Source: Candidatus Angelobacter sp.
Lineage (GTDB): Bacteria; Acidobacteriota; Terriglobia; Terriglobales; Acidobacteriaceae
Length of the DNA stretch: 64,000 bases
NCBI GenBank assembly: GCA_036521855.1
Contig: DATDGY010000085.1
Coordinates: 87 to 64,086 of the forward strand
Reading direction: 5' to 3'
The position numbers and the translations under genes are program-made. The notes under the pieces are model-generated. The model saw only the letters and a program-made list of their open reading frames with translations. It had not been told where the DNA came from and did no database searches. Shown piece by piece: positions 56,461 to 64,000 of the stretch; the first letter of the stretch is position 1, and each line of letters starts with the position of its first letter.

Positions 56461-56669
56461 GTGTCAGGGTACGACTTGAGCGTTTAGCCCAAGCAAGCGA
56501 AGCGCGCGAGGGCTGCGCAGTCGTGCCGTTAGCGCGAACAAGATTCCGGCTTTAGCCGCTGAAGATTTTGTCTTGTCGCTCCGCCTCCGGCTCCGCTCCC
56601 GCCTACGGCAGTGCGGTAGTGAGCGTACGCGTCGTCCGTTCGGCCCGACTGGAAGTCGTGCCCTGATAC
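56461..56669. repeat. ~210-bp element bounded by terminal inverted repeats (MITE-like or long-stem RNA)
   Basis: TCAGGGTACGACTT (56464-56477) versus the reverse complement of AAGTCGTGCCCTGA (56653-56666): 13 of 14 match, and flanking bases extend the match. Lies in the non-coding gap between the HAD and aquaporin genes. Confidence 0.5.
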
Positions 56670-56816
56670 CTGTCTCGCGGCCGGACACAGCAAACTTGGA
56701 TTGACATCAAACTCAATTTTCACATTACCCCAACCCTCCATTTCCGCTCGCCCCCTTGACACGTTGTGGAACAATACCCTGACGCATTTTCAAAGACATC
56801 AACAGGAGATCAGGCG

Positions 56817-57545
56817 ATGACTTCACCCTTCTTTGGGGAGTTCATGGGCACACTGGTGTTGGTTCTGCTCGGCGACGGCGTGGTGGCCGGCGTTCTGCTC
56901 AAACGTTCCAAAGTCGAAGGCAGCGGTTGGATCGTCATCACCACCGGCTGGGCTTTTGCCGTAATGGCCGGGGTTTTCACCGCCATCGCCTGCGGCAGCA
57001 AAGGCGCGTATATCAATCCCGCAGTGACGCTGGGGTTTGCCGTCTCCATTGGGGATTACCACAACGTCCTGCCGTTGATCGCTGCGCAGATGCTGGGGGC
57101 GATCGTGGGCGCGATGCTGGTATGGATACACTTCCTGCCCCACTGGCGGGAAACGCCCGACCCGTCGCTCAAGCTTGGCGTCTTTTGCACGGCTCCGGCG
57201 ATTCGCAGCGCCGGCGCCAATCTCATCAGCGAAATCATCGCTACCCTGGTGCTGGTATTCGTTGGGGCTGCCATTTTTTCGAAGACGGTCGCTGCCGTAG
57301 GCTTGGTCGGAAACATGGGACCATACCTGGTGGGCTGCCTGGTATGGGGCATCGGACTCTCCCTGGGCGGAACGACTGGCTATGCGATCAATCCTGCACG
57401 CGACCTGGGTCCGCGCATCGCCCATGCGATTCTTCCTATCGCCGGTAAAGGCGGGTCGGACTGGGGCTACGCGCCTATTCCGGTGCTGGGACCGCTGATC
57501 GGCGGTGCCATTGCCGGGGTGCTGATCCGCGTAGTGGGGTTTTAG
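56817..57545 (+). CDS. glpF: MIP family channel (aquaporin/glycerol facilitator-like)
   Basis: Start placed at ATG 56817 with AGGAGA upstream. Two NPA motifs (INPAVTLG, INPARDLG). Six TM helices. Confidence 0.85.
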   Translation: MTSPFFGEFMGTLVLVLLGDGVVAGVLLKRSKVEGSGWIVITTGWAFAVMAGVFTAIACGSKGAYINPAVTLGFAVSIGDYHNVLPLIAAQMLGAIVGAMLVWIHFLPHWRETPDPSLKLGVFCTAPAIRSAGANLISEIIATLVLVFVGAAIFSKTVAAVGLVGNMGPYLVGCLVWGIGLSLGGTTGYAINPARDLGPRIAHAILPIAGKGGSDWGYAPIPVLGPLIGGAIAGVLIRVVGF

Positions 57546-57719
57546 ACGAGCTCACGATTTGGCCTCTGCTAGTTAACATGCCCGGGCTTTCCACGCTTTC
57601 CGATTTGCGCGAAGCTATCGCCGCTCTTGGTCCGGAGTATGCGTCGATCAAGACATCGGCTGCTCGTTGATGGAAGCAAGTGTCGCCCCTCCGGAGCTTG
57701 ACATTCTATTTCCCGCGTA

Positions 57720-57971
57720 CCCAGGCCTTGCGGCCTGGGATACCCTTATGCCGCGCGTTGCGGCGCTTGCGCTTGATCGCCCTGTTTCAGAACCACGTTG
57801 CAGAGCCCCTTGCCACTATGTCACACTAAAGAGATTTGCATGACCCCAGGATCGTATCTGAGGACGGTCACAACAATTTTTTCAGCCGTCCCGCTAAAGC
57901 GGGACTCTAATTCTCGTGGACCTTGCCCCGGCACTGGCGTGCCGGGCTATTTTCATCCGTCCCTTCGGGAC
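57720..57971. repeat. cluster of five short GC-rich hairpins (REP-like) upstream of uvrB
   Basis: CCCAGGCC-TTGC-GGCCTGGG (57720-57739). GCCGC-GCGTT-GCGGC (57750-57764). GTCCCGC-TAAA-GCGGGAC (57888-57905). CCCGGCAC-TGGC-GTGCCGGG (57927-57946). GTCCC-TTC-GGGAC (57959-57971). Confidence 0.6.
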
Positions 57972-58070
57972 TGGAGCCGTGGACCAATGGCCGCGCTCGA
58001 AACATCGAGTGCCTGTCTTTTCTCCGCGCCTCCGTGTCTCCGTGGTGGATTTGCATCGTGAAGGACACTC

Positions 58071-60059
58071 ATGGACTTTCGTCTGACCAGCGACTACAAG
58101 CCTAAAGGCGACCAGGGCCACGCCATCGACGAACTCATGCGCGGCGTCTATGCCGGCGAGAAGCACCAGGTGCTGCTGGGCGTGACCGGCTCGGGCAAGA
58201 CCTACACCATGGCCAAGATGATCGAGCAGCTCAACCGGCCGGCGGTGGTGCTGGCCCATAACAAGACGCTGGCGGCGCAGCTCTACCATGAGTTCAAACA
58301 GTTCTTCCCCAACAACGCCGTCGAGTATTTCGTCTCCTATTACGACTATTACCAGCCCGAAGCCTACATTCCCGCGGGCGACGTTTATATCGAGAAAGAA
58401 GCCACGATCAATGACGAGCTGGACAAGCTGCGGCTCTCCGCCACGCGGTCGTTGTTTGAGCGGCGCGACTGCATTATCGTTGCCTCGGTAAGCTGCATCT
58501 ACGGCCTGGGCTCGCCGGAAGCCTATTACGGCATGCTGCTGTTTTTGGAAAAAGGGCAGAAGATCCGGCGCAGTGACATCGTCAGCAAGCTGGTGGAGAT
58601 CCTGTACGAGCGCAACGACGTTGACTTCAAGCGCGGGACCTTCCGCGTTCGCGGCGATATCATCGAGGTCTTTCCCACTTACGAAGACAACGCCTACCGC
58701 ATCGAGCTGTTTGGCGACGAGGTGGATTCGCTCTCCCAGATCGACCCCCTGTTCGGGACGGTCAAGCAGAAATACACGCGCCTGCCCATCTATCCCAAGA
58801 GTCATTACGTGATGCCGCAGGCGCAGAGGAACCGCGCCATGGAAACCATCCTGGAAGAGCTGGCCTGGTGGGAAAAAGAGCTGGAAAAAGAAGGCCGGCT
58901 GGTGGAGGCGCAGCGGGTGCACCAGCGCACGCGCTTCGACCTGGAGATGATCAAGTCGGTAGGCTACTGCCACGGGATCGAGAATTATTCGCGTCACTTC
59001 TCCGGACGCCTGCCCGGCGAGCCGCCGCCCACGCTGCTGGACTACGTGCCCCGCGATTTCATGATGTTCATCGACGAATCGCACCAGACCGTTCCCCAGT
59101 TGCACGGCATGTGGCACGGCGACCGTTCGCGAAAGGAAAACCTGATCCACTACGGCTTCCGCCTGCCCTCGGCGCTGGACAACCGTCCGCTGAAGTTCGA
59201 GGAGTTCGAGAACCGCGTGAACCAGGTGATTTACGTCTCGGCCACGCCCGGGCCCTACGAGCTGACGAAATCGGCCGGCGTGGTGGTGGAGCAGATCATC
59301 CGGCCCACCGGGCTGGTGGACCCCGAAGTCGAGGTCCGGCCGGTGAAGGGGCAGATTGACGACCTGCTGCACGAGATTCGCGACCGCGCCAAGAAAGGCG
59401 AGCGCGTGCTGGTTACCACGCTCACCAAGCGCATGGCCGAGGACCTGGCCGAGTATTACAGCGAGGTTGGGGTGCGCTGCCGCTACATGCATTCGGAGAT
59501 CGAGACCCTGGAGCGCATCAAGCTGCTGCGCGATCTGCGCCGCGGCGAGTACGACGTGCTGATTGGCATCAACCTGCTGCGCGAAGGCCTGGACCTGCCC
59601 GAGGTCTCGCTGGTCGCTGTGCTTGACGCCGACAAAGAAGGATTTTTGCGCTCCGGCGGTTCGCTCATCCAGACCGTGGGCCGCTGTGCCCGCAACGTGA
59701 ATGGTCGCGCCATCCTGTACGCCGACCGTATGACCGACTCCATGCAGCGGGCCATGGATGAAACCGACCGCCGCCGCGCCATCCAGCGGGCCTACAACCA
59801 GGAGCATGGAATCATTCCCCAGACCATCATCCGGCCGGTAGCCATGTCCTTGGCCGGCATCGCCGAAGCCGACTACGTGGATATGATCGATGCCGCCGAT
59901 GGGCTGCCCGACTTCAAATCACAGGAGGAGCTGGACAAGTACATCACCGGGTTAGAGACCGACATGCGTGAGGCGGCTAAGAGATTCGAGTTCGAGAAAG
60001 CGGCCAAGCTGCGCGACACCGTGCGCGAGCTGCGGACCAAAGAATTCCTGTTCACCTAA
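58071..60059 (+). CDS. uvrB: excinuclease ABC subunit B
   Basis: 662 aa. Walker [11 protein letters not shown], helicase motifs, C-terminal UVR domain ([15 protein letters not shown]). Confidence 0.97.
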   Translation: MDFRLTSDYKPKGDQGHAIDELMRGVYAGEKHQVLLGVTGSGKTYTMAKMIEQLNRPAVVLAHNKTLAAQLYHEFKQFFPNNAVEYFVSYYDYYQPEAYIPAGDVYIEKEATINDELDKLRLSATRSLFERRDCIIVASVSCIYGLGSPEAYYGMLLFLEKGQKIRRSDIVSKLVEILYERNDVDFKRGTFRVRGDIIEVFPTYEDNAYRIELFGDEVDSLSQIDPLFGTVKQKYTRLPIYPKSHYVMPQAQRNRAMETILEELAWWEKELEKEGRLVEAQRVHQRTRFDLEMIKSVGYCHGIENYSRHFSGRLPGEPPPTLLDYVPRDFMMFIDESHQTVPQLHGMWHGDRSRKENLIHYGFRLPSALDNRPLKFEEFENRVNQVIYVSATPGPYELTKSAGVVVEQIIRPTGLVDPEVEVRPVKGQIDDLLHEIRDRAKKGERVLVTTLTKRMAEDLAEYYSEVGVRCRYMHSEIETLERIKLLRDLRRGEYDVLIGINLLREGLDLPEVSLVAVLDADKEGFLRSGGSLIQTVGRCARNVNGRAILYADRMTDSMQRAMDETDRRRAIQRAYNQEHGIIPQTIIRPVAMSLAGIAEADYVDMIDAADGLPDFKSQEELDKYITGLETDMREAAKRFEFEKAAKLRDTVRELRTKEFLFT

Positions 60060-60098
60060 GCGGGGGCCTGCCCCATTCCCCGCCGCCGATCTTCGAGT

Positions 60099-60398
60099 TC
60101 ACGACCTGGCTCGGGGCACTTCGATTCCGTAGGCTCGTTCGCGGCCTTCTTCGACTGCGAAGAAAGAGATCAGTGTTCCTGGAAAACCGAAAATGAAAGC
60201 AATAATCCGCCATCCGCTGCTTGAGCTGTTTTGGGCGCGCATACCGGCATACGAAATGTTGGCCAGTATCCACAGCCCTGAGACGCCGGTATCTGTGGCG
60301 CTCTGTGCAGCTACGCTCCCGCCATCCGCCGCCCAGGCGGACACCGGCACCAACCACATGAAGACCGTCAGACCAACCATAAAGAAGAGTCGGCGCAT
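60099..60398 (-). CDS. small exported/membrane protein (99 aa), unknown function
   Basis: ORF 60099..60569; start placed at ATG 60398 with GGAGG upstream. Signal peptide MRRLFFMVGLTVFMWLVPVSAWA and a second hydrophobic helix. Confidence 0.5.
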   Translation of the reverse strand: MRRLFFMVGLTVFMWLVPVSAWAADGGSVAAQSATDTGVSGLWILANISYAGMRAQNSSSSGWRIIAFIFGFPGTLISFFAVEEGRERAYGIEVPRARS

Positions 60399-60520
60399 GC
60401 TATTAGCCTCCGTCAACCGCCGTAATATACAGTAGGCTGCGTAGGGATGACGAGAATCCTGCTGATTTAGAATTCCATTTTCGGTACCGGCACCACCATA
60501 AGCCTGATTTCCCACGCGCC

Positions 60521-62476
60521 ATGCTTGCAGCCTGTCTCTTACTACTGATTGCCGCGATGAGCGGAACACTGCTCACGTTTCTCTATGACCGGCCCGCGCC
60601 GTTCGCCGCGCGCCTGTGCATGGGCGCCAGCGCCGGCCTGGTGCTGCTGGCCGCGATCGGGTTTCTCTTTGCGTTGTGGCTGGGTCTGGGCGCAGCCTGC
60701 GTTGGATTGACCACCGCGGTGATGCTTCTGCCACTACTTCTACTGGTGCGCAAGCCGTTCCGCGCGTGGGTGGCCCGTGAAATCAGGCTCGCCGCCCGGA
60801 CCGCGGCCAATGCCTTGCGCCATCCGAGCTCATATACCATTGCCTGTCTTGTTTTCTATATCGGCATGGCCATTTTGCTGGGCGTGGTGTTTGGCCAGGC
60901 GGCCTACGAGAACTCTGACGGCATTTTTACCGGCGCGAGAAACAACCTGGGCGACCTGACGCTTCACCTGCAGGTGATCAACAGTTTCGCCCAGGGCCAC
61001 AACTTTCCTCCGCAAGATCCCACCTATGCGGGCGTGCGCTTTGCTTATCCATTTCTCGTGGATTTTCTGGCGGCCATGCTGGCGCGGGTGGGCGCGGGAG
61101 TCATCGGCGCCATGTGGATCGAGAATATGGTATTGGTCCTGGCGCTGGTGGGCATGATCCATTACTGGACGCTGCTGCTCACGCGCAGCCGCCTGGCCGG
61201 GCTGATCGCACCCGCGCTGGTGATCTTCAGCGGAGGCCTGGGATGGACATGGATTCTCCAGGAAATCCACGCCACCTCCGATGGGCTCTTTCCCATGCTG
61301 GCGCATCTGCCGCACGACTACACCATCATGGATCTCCCCGGCATTCTCCGCTGGGGCAACTCGGTGACCACGCTGTTTGTGACCCAGCGCAGCATCTTGT
61401 TTGGCATGCCGCTGGCCATCTGCATCTTCTGCTGGTGGTGGAAATCGATTGCCGGCACCCGCGATGAAGCCATTCATGAAAGCCCCACCCGGCGCATGAC
61501 GGCCGCGGGCTTCTTCGCCGGGCTGCTGCCTTTGACTCACGCGCATACGTTTCTGGTGGTGATGGGCGTCGGGGTATGCCTGGCACTGCTCTTCCCCAGA
61601 TTGTGGAAGAATTGGCTGCGCTTTTTCGTGTTGGCCGGCATCGTTGCCCTGCCACAGCTGCTATGGCTGGGACGCGCCGGCGGCGTCCACGTGCAAAGTT
61701 TTGTGGCCTGGCAACCAGGATGGGACCACGGCGTCTATAATCCCGCGCTGTTTTGGCTGGTGAACACCGGGCTGTTCATTCCGCTGCTGATCGTCGCTTT
61801 GTTCTGGCCACCCCCGAACGCTTTGCCCAAGCGTGTGCTGATGTTCTATGCGCCGTTCCTGCTTTGCTTCATCGTCCCTAATCTCATCAGGCTGGCGCCG
61901 TGGGTCTGGGACAACATCAAGGTTCTCATTTACTGGTACGTGGCTTCGGCGCCGCTGGTGGCGTGGGTATTGGCCCGCTGGCTGACGCAGAAGTCCGCCT
62001 CGCGCTGGCTTGCCGCGGGCGCCCTTGCCGCCATGTTGCTCTCCGGTGCGCTGGACATTTTCCGTATCGCCAGCGGCCAGACCGCATACCGGGAGTTCGA
62101 CAACGACGGCATCACCATCGCCAGTGCGATATCCGAGCACGCGCCGCCCCGCGCGGTTGTTCTGCATGCACCTACCTTCTACTCTCCCGTCTTTCTCACG
62201 GGAAGGCCTTCGCTGCTGGGTTATCCTGGATGGATAGCGTCGCGGGGACTGGATTCCTTTCAGCGCGAATCCGACATCCGGCACATGTACGCCGGAGCAC
62301 CCGACGCGGACGCGCTCCTGGAGCGCTATGGAGTGGAGTACGTGCTCATCAGCCCCGCGGAACTGACGACGATGAAAGTTGACCCGAGGTTCTGGTCGAG
62401 TTACTCGCGGGTGGCGCAGATCGGTCAGTATCGTTTGTACCGGACCAACGTTGTCGAAGAAAGGGCTCCACGATGA
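60521..62476 (+). CDS. large polytopic membrane protein, possible GT-C-type glycosyltransferase
   Basis: 651 aa, more than 12 predicted TM helices, C-terminal soluble part. The stop overlaps the pfk start (ATGA). No specific family confidently recognised. Confidence 0.6.
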   Translation: MLAACLLLLIAAMSGTLLTFLYDRPAPFAARLCMGASAGLVLLAAIGFLFALWLGLGAACVGLTTAVMLLPLLLLVRKPFRAWVAREIRLAARTAANALRHPSSYTIACLVFYIGMAILLGVVFGQAAYENSDGIFTGARNNLGDLTLHLQVINSFAQGHNFPPQDPTYAGVRFAYPFLVDFLAAMLARVGAGVIGAMWIENMVLVLALVGMIHYWTLLLTRSRLAGLIAPALVIFSGGLGWTWILQEIHATSDGLFPMLAHLPHDYTIMDLPGILRWGNSVTTLFVTQRSILFGMPLAICIFCWWWKSIAGTRDEAIHESPTRRMTAAGFFAGLLPLTHAHTFLVVMGVGVCLALLFPRLWKNWLRFFVLAGIVALPQLLWLGRAGGVHVQSFVAWQPGWDHGVYNPALFWLVNTGLFIPLLIVALFWPPPNALPKRVLMFYAPFLLCFIVPNLIRLAPWVWDNIKVLIYWYVASAPLVAWVLARWLTQKSASRWLAAGALAAMLLSGALDIFRIASGQTAYREFDNDGITIASAISEHAPPRAVVLHAPTFYSPVFLTGRPSLLGYPGWIASRGLDSFQRESDIRHMYAGAPDADALLERYGVEYVLISPAELTTMKVDPRFWSSYSRVAQIGQYRLYRTNVVEERAPR

Positions 62477-63537
62477 AGATCGGAATTCTCACCGGCGGAG
62501 GCGATTGCCCCGGCCTGAACGCAGTGATCCGCGCCATCGTGCGCAAAGGCGTGTTTCATTACGACGATCAGTTCCTGGGCTTCATGGAAGGCTGGCGCGG
62601 CGTGTTGGAAGACATGGTCCAACCGCTGGATCTGGAGGCGGTCGCCGGCATCCTGCCCCGTGGCGGCACCATTCTGCGCACTTCGCGCACGAACCCCGCC
62701 CGGCAAGAGCGCGGACTGGAGACCTGCATCGAGAACCTCCACGGGAACGGGGTCGAGGTCCTGATCGCGCTGGGCGGCGACGATACGCAATCCGTCTCGC
62801 AAAGACTTTTTGAACTCGGCGTGAAAGTGGTGGCCGTGCCCAAGACCATCGACAATGATTTGAACGGCACCGACCTGTGCTTTGGTTTCGACACCGCGGT
62901 GAGCATTGCTACCGAAGCCATCGATCGCGTTCACACCACCGCCGAGGCCCACAACCGCGTGATCGTGGTTGAGGTTATGGGCCGCAACGCGGGTTGGATT
63001 GCGCTCTACAGCGGCGTGGCCGGAGGCGCGGACGTGATCCTGATTCCGGAGCGGGCCTTCGATATCGGTGACATCGCTGAGACGCTCAAGCGGCGCCATG
63101 ATCGCGGACGCTATTTCAGCATCATTGTCGCCGCCGAGGGCGCCCGGCTGGCGCAAGGCTCCGGCCTGATCACGGAAGGCGCAAAGCTCGACGAGTTCGG
63201 CCACGTTCGCTTGGGCGGTATCGGCAACGTGCTGGCCGCCGAAATTGAAAGCCGCACCGGCTTTGAGACTCGCACCGTGATCCTGGGCCACACCCAGCGC
63301 GGCGGCTCGCCTACGGCGTTTGACCGCATGCTGGCCACGCGCTATGGCGTGGGCGCCATTGACCTGGTCCACAAATCGGGCTTTGGCCGCATGGTGGCGC
63401 TCAAAGGAAATGAGATCACCGACGTTCCGATCACCGATGCCATCGCCCGCATCCGCTGCGTGCCCCAGGAGCTGATTGACGTGGCCCTTGGTTTGACCGA
63501 CCGGCGCTTGCAATCCGCGTATGGCTCACAAGTTTGA
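62473..63537 (+). CDS. 6-phosphofructokinase, with residues typical of pyrophosphate-dependent enzymes
   Basis: MKIGILTGGGDCPGLNAVIR. GGDDT and PKTIDND motifs (Asp and Lys where ATP-dependent PfkA has Gly and Gly). Confidence 0.88.
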   Translation: MKIGILTGGGDCPGLNAVIRAIVRKGVFHYDDQFLGFMEGWRGVLEDMVQPLDLEAVAGILPRGGTILRTSRTNPARQERGLETCIENLHGNGVEVLIALGGDDTQSVSQRLFELGVKVVAVPKTIDNDLNGTDLCFGFDTAVSIATEAIDRVHTTAEAHNRVIVVEVMGRNAGWIALYSGVAGGADVILIPERAFDIGDIAETLKRRHDRGRYFSIIVAAEGARLAQGSGLITEGAKLDEFGHVRLGGIGNVLAAEIESRTGFETRTVILGHTQRGGSPTAFDRMLATRYGVGAIDLVHKSGFGRMVALKGNEITDVPITDAIARIRCVPQELIDVALGLTDRRLQSAYGSQV

Positions 63538-63564
63538 GGGCACGGAGCGCGTGATCAATGAACA

Positions 63565-64000
63565 ATGACACAGCCTTCTTCCAGAGCGAAGCGCCGCAAA
63601 GCGCGGGCGCAACAAGCTGAGCCGTCCGCCGGGCAGAGGATCATCCCCGCGATAGCTCCTGCCGTCAGACGTCTGCGCCCCTGGCATTGGGCCGCGTTCA
63701 GTATCCTCGGCGCCGCCGCAGTTATCCGCTTGATCTACCCGGACATGAAGCCCCTTCATCACGATGAAGGAGTGAACGGCCTGTTCCTGACTACCTTATT
63801 CCGCAACGGTTACTATCACTACGATCCCAGCAATTATCATGGTCCCACTCTCTACTACTTTGCTTGGATCACCACCACCATCAACAGCTTCTTCTATGGC
63901 AAAGAGGGGCTGAGCACATCCGCCATACGGCTGGTGACGGCTTTATTCGGCGTCGGGATCGTTTGGCTCATGCTTTGCCTGCGCCGGCAGTTGGGGGATT
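63565..64000 (+). CDS. membrane protein, GT-C/ArnT-like (TIGR03663-like from memory); 5' partial, runs off the window
   Basis: Not in the ORF track because there is no stop in the window. ATG 63565. MTQPSSRAKRRK...WHWAAFSILGAAAVIRLIYPDMKPLHHDEGVNGLFL...YHGPTLYYF..., open to the window end. Confidence 0.6.
   Translation, partial: MTQPSSRAKRRKARAQQAEPSAGQRIIPAIAPAVRRLRPWHWAAFSILGAAAVIRLIYPDMKPLHHDEGVNGLFLTTLFRNGYYHYDPSNYHGPTLYYFAWITTTINSFFYGKEGLSTSAIRLVTALFGVGIVWLMLCLRRQLGD

Noticed and set aside
57894-59807. 637-aa minus-strand ORF opposite uvrB. Similar long shadow ORFs: 26282..28201 opposite metH, 2723..4030 opposite livM/livG, 12546..14084 opposite the Nudix gene, 680..1723 opposite the binding protein, and 62425..63513 opposite pfk
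   Set aside because: - All are antisense to genes with unambiguous conserved motifs.
- All have Arg/Gly/Ala/His-rich, motif-free translations typical of GC-rich shadow frames.

Overview
GC-rich chromosomal segment that looks like core genome, not an accessory island. I infer an Acidobacteria (Terriglobia-like) origin from three things: two tandem carboxypeptidase-regulatory-domain/TonB-dependent-receptor-like outer-membrane proteins, an acidobacterial-type VWFA-like protein, and several families of GC-rich hairpin repeats. This is inference from memory, not a database result.

I support about 50 CDS and one tRNA-Arg(CCG). I saw no rRNA, CRISPR array, transposase, integrase or prophage.

Gene content, left to right:
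- livJ-like/livHMGF amino-acid ABC transporter
- membrane-anchored MutS-related ATPase
- SnoaL-like protein
- about 850 bp of repeat-rich non-coding DNA with a near-consensus promoter and a Zn-ribbon ORF that has no stop codon
- Fpg/Nei glycosylase, YjbR-like protein, and a PLC/AcpA-type phosphoesterase lipoprotein with a long (Thr-Pro)n linker
- Nudix-4TM fusion, APC permease and aminotransferase
- DoxX and SRPBCC proteins
- two paralogous TonB-receptor-like genes
- metH
- small membrane protein, YtxH-like protein and coiled-coil membrane protein
- a truncated dcw cluster head: mraZ-rsmH-(small ORF)-ftsL-ftsI
- YcaQ-like protein
- fhs, a small TM protein, a VWFA-like protein and a secreted heptad-repeat protein
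- Ser/Thr kinase split into two ORFs
- tRNA-Arg, recQ, a methyltransferase
- GcvT-like protein, two FAD oxidoreductases and a Rieske oxygenase
- a redoxin gene interrupted by an in-frame TGA
- fused E1 alpha/beta, HAD phosphatase, glpF-like aquaporin, uvrB
- GT-C-like membrane proteins flanking a PPi-type pfk

Most noteworthy observations:
- A candidate selenocysteine (UxxC) Prx-like protein with a SECIS-like hairpin.
- Near-consensus sigma-54 promoters with a conserved palindromic upstream site in front of both TonB-receptor paralogs.
- A secreted protein built from 16 D-x-x-D-[LI]-x-x heptads arranged symmetrically around a Cys loop.
- A predicted Pmra promoter with 10-bp-phased GTGGT (MraZ-box-like) repeats.
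- A kinase apparently split by a 1-nt frameshift.
- A Zn-ribbon ORF that runs without a stop into a 4-kb antisense frame.

All functional calls come from reading the translated ORFs and from motif recognition. No database search or computation was run.
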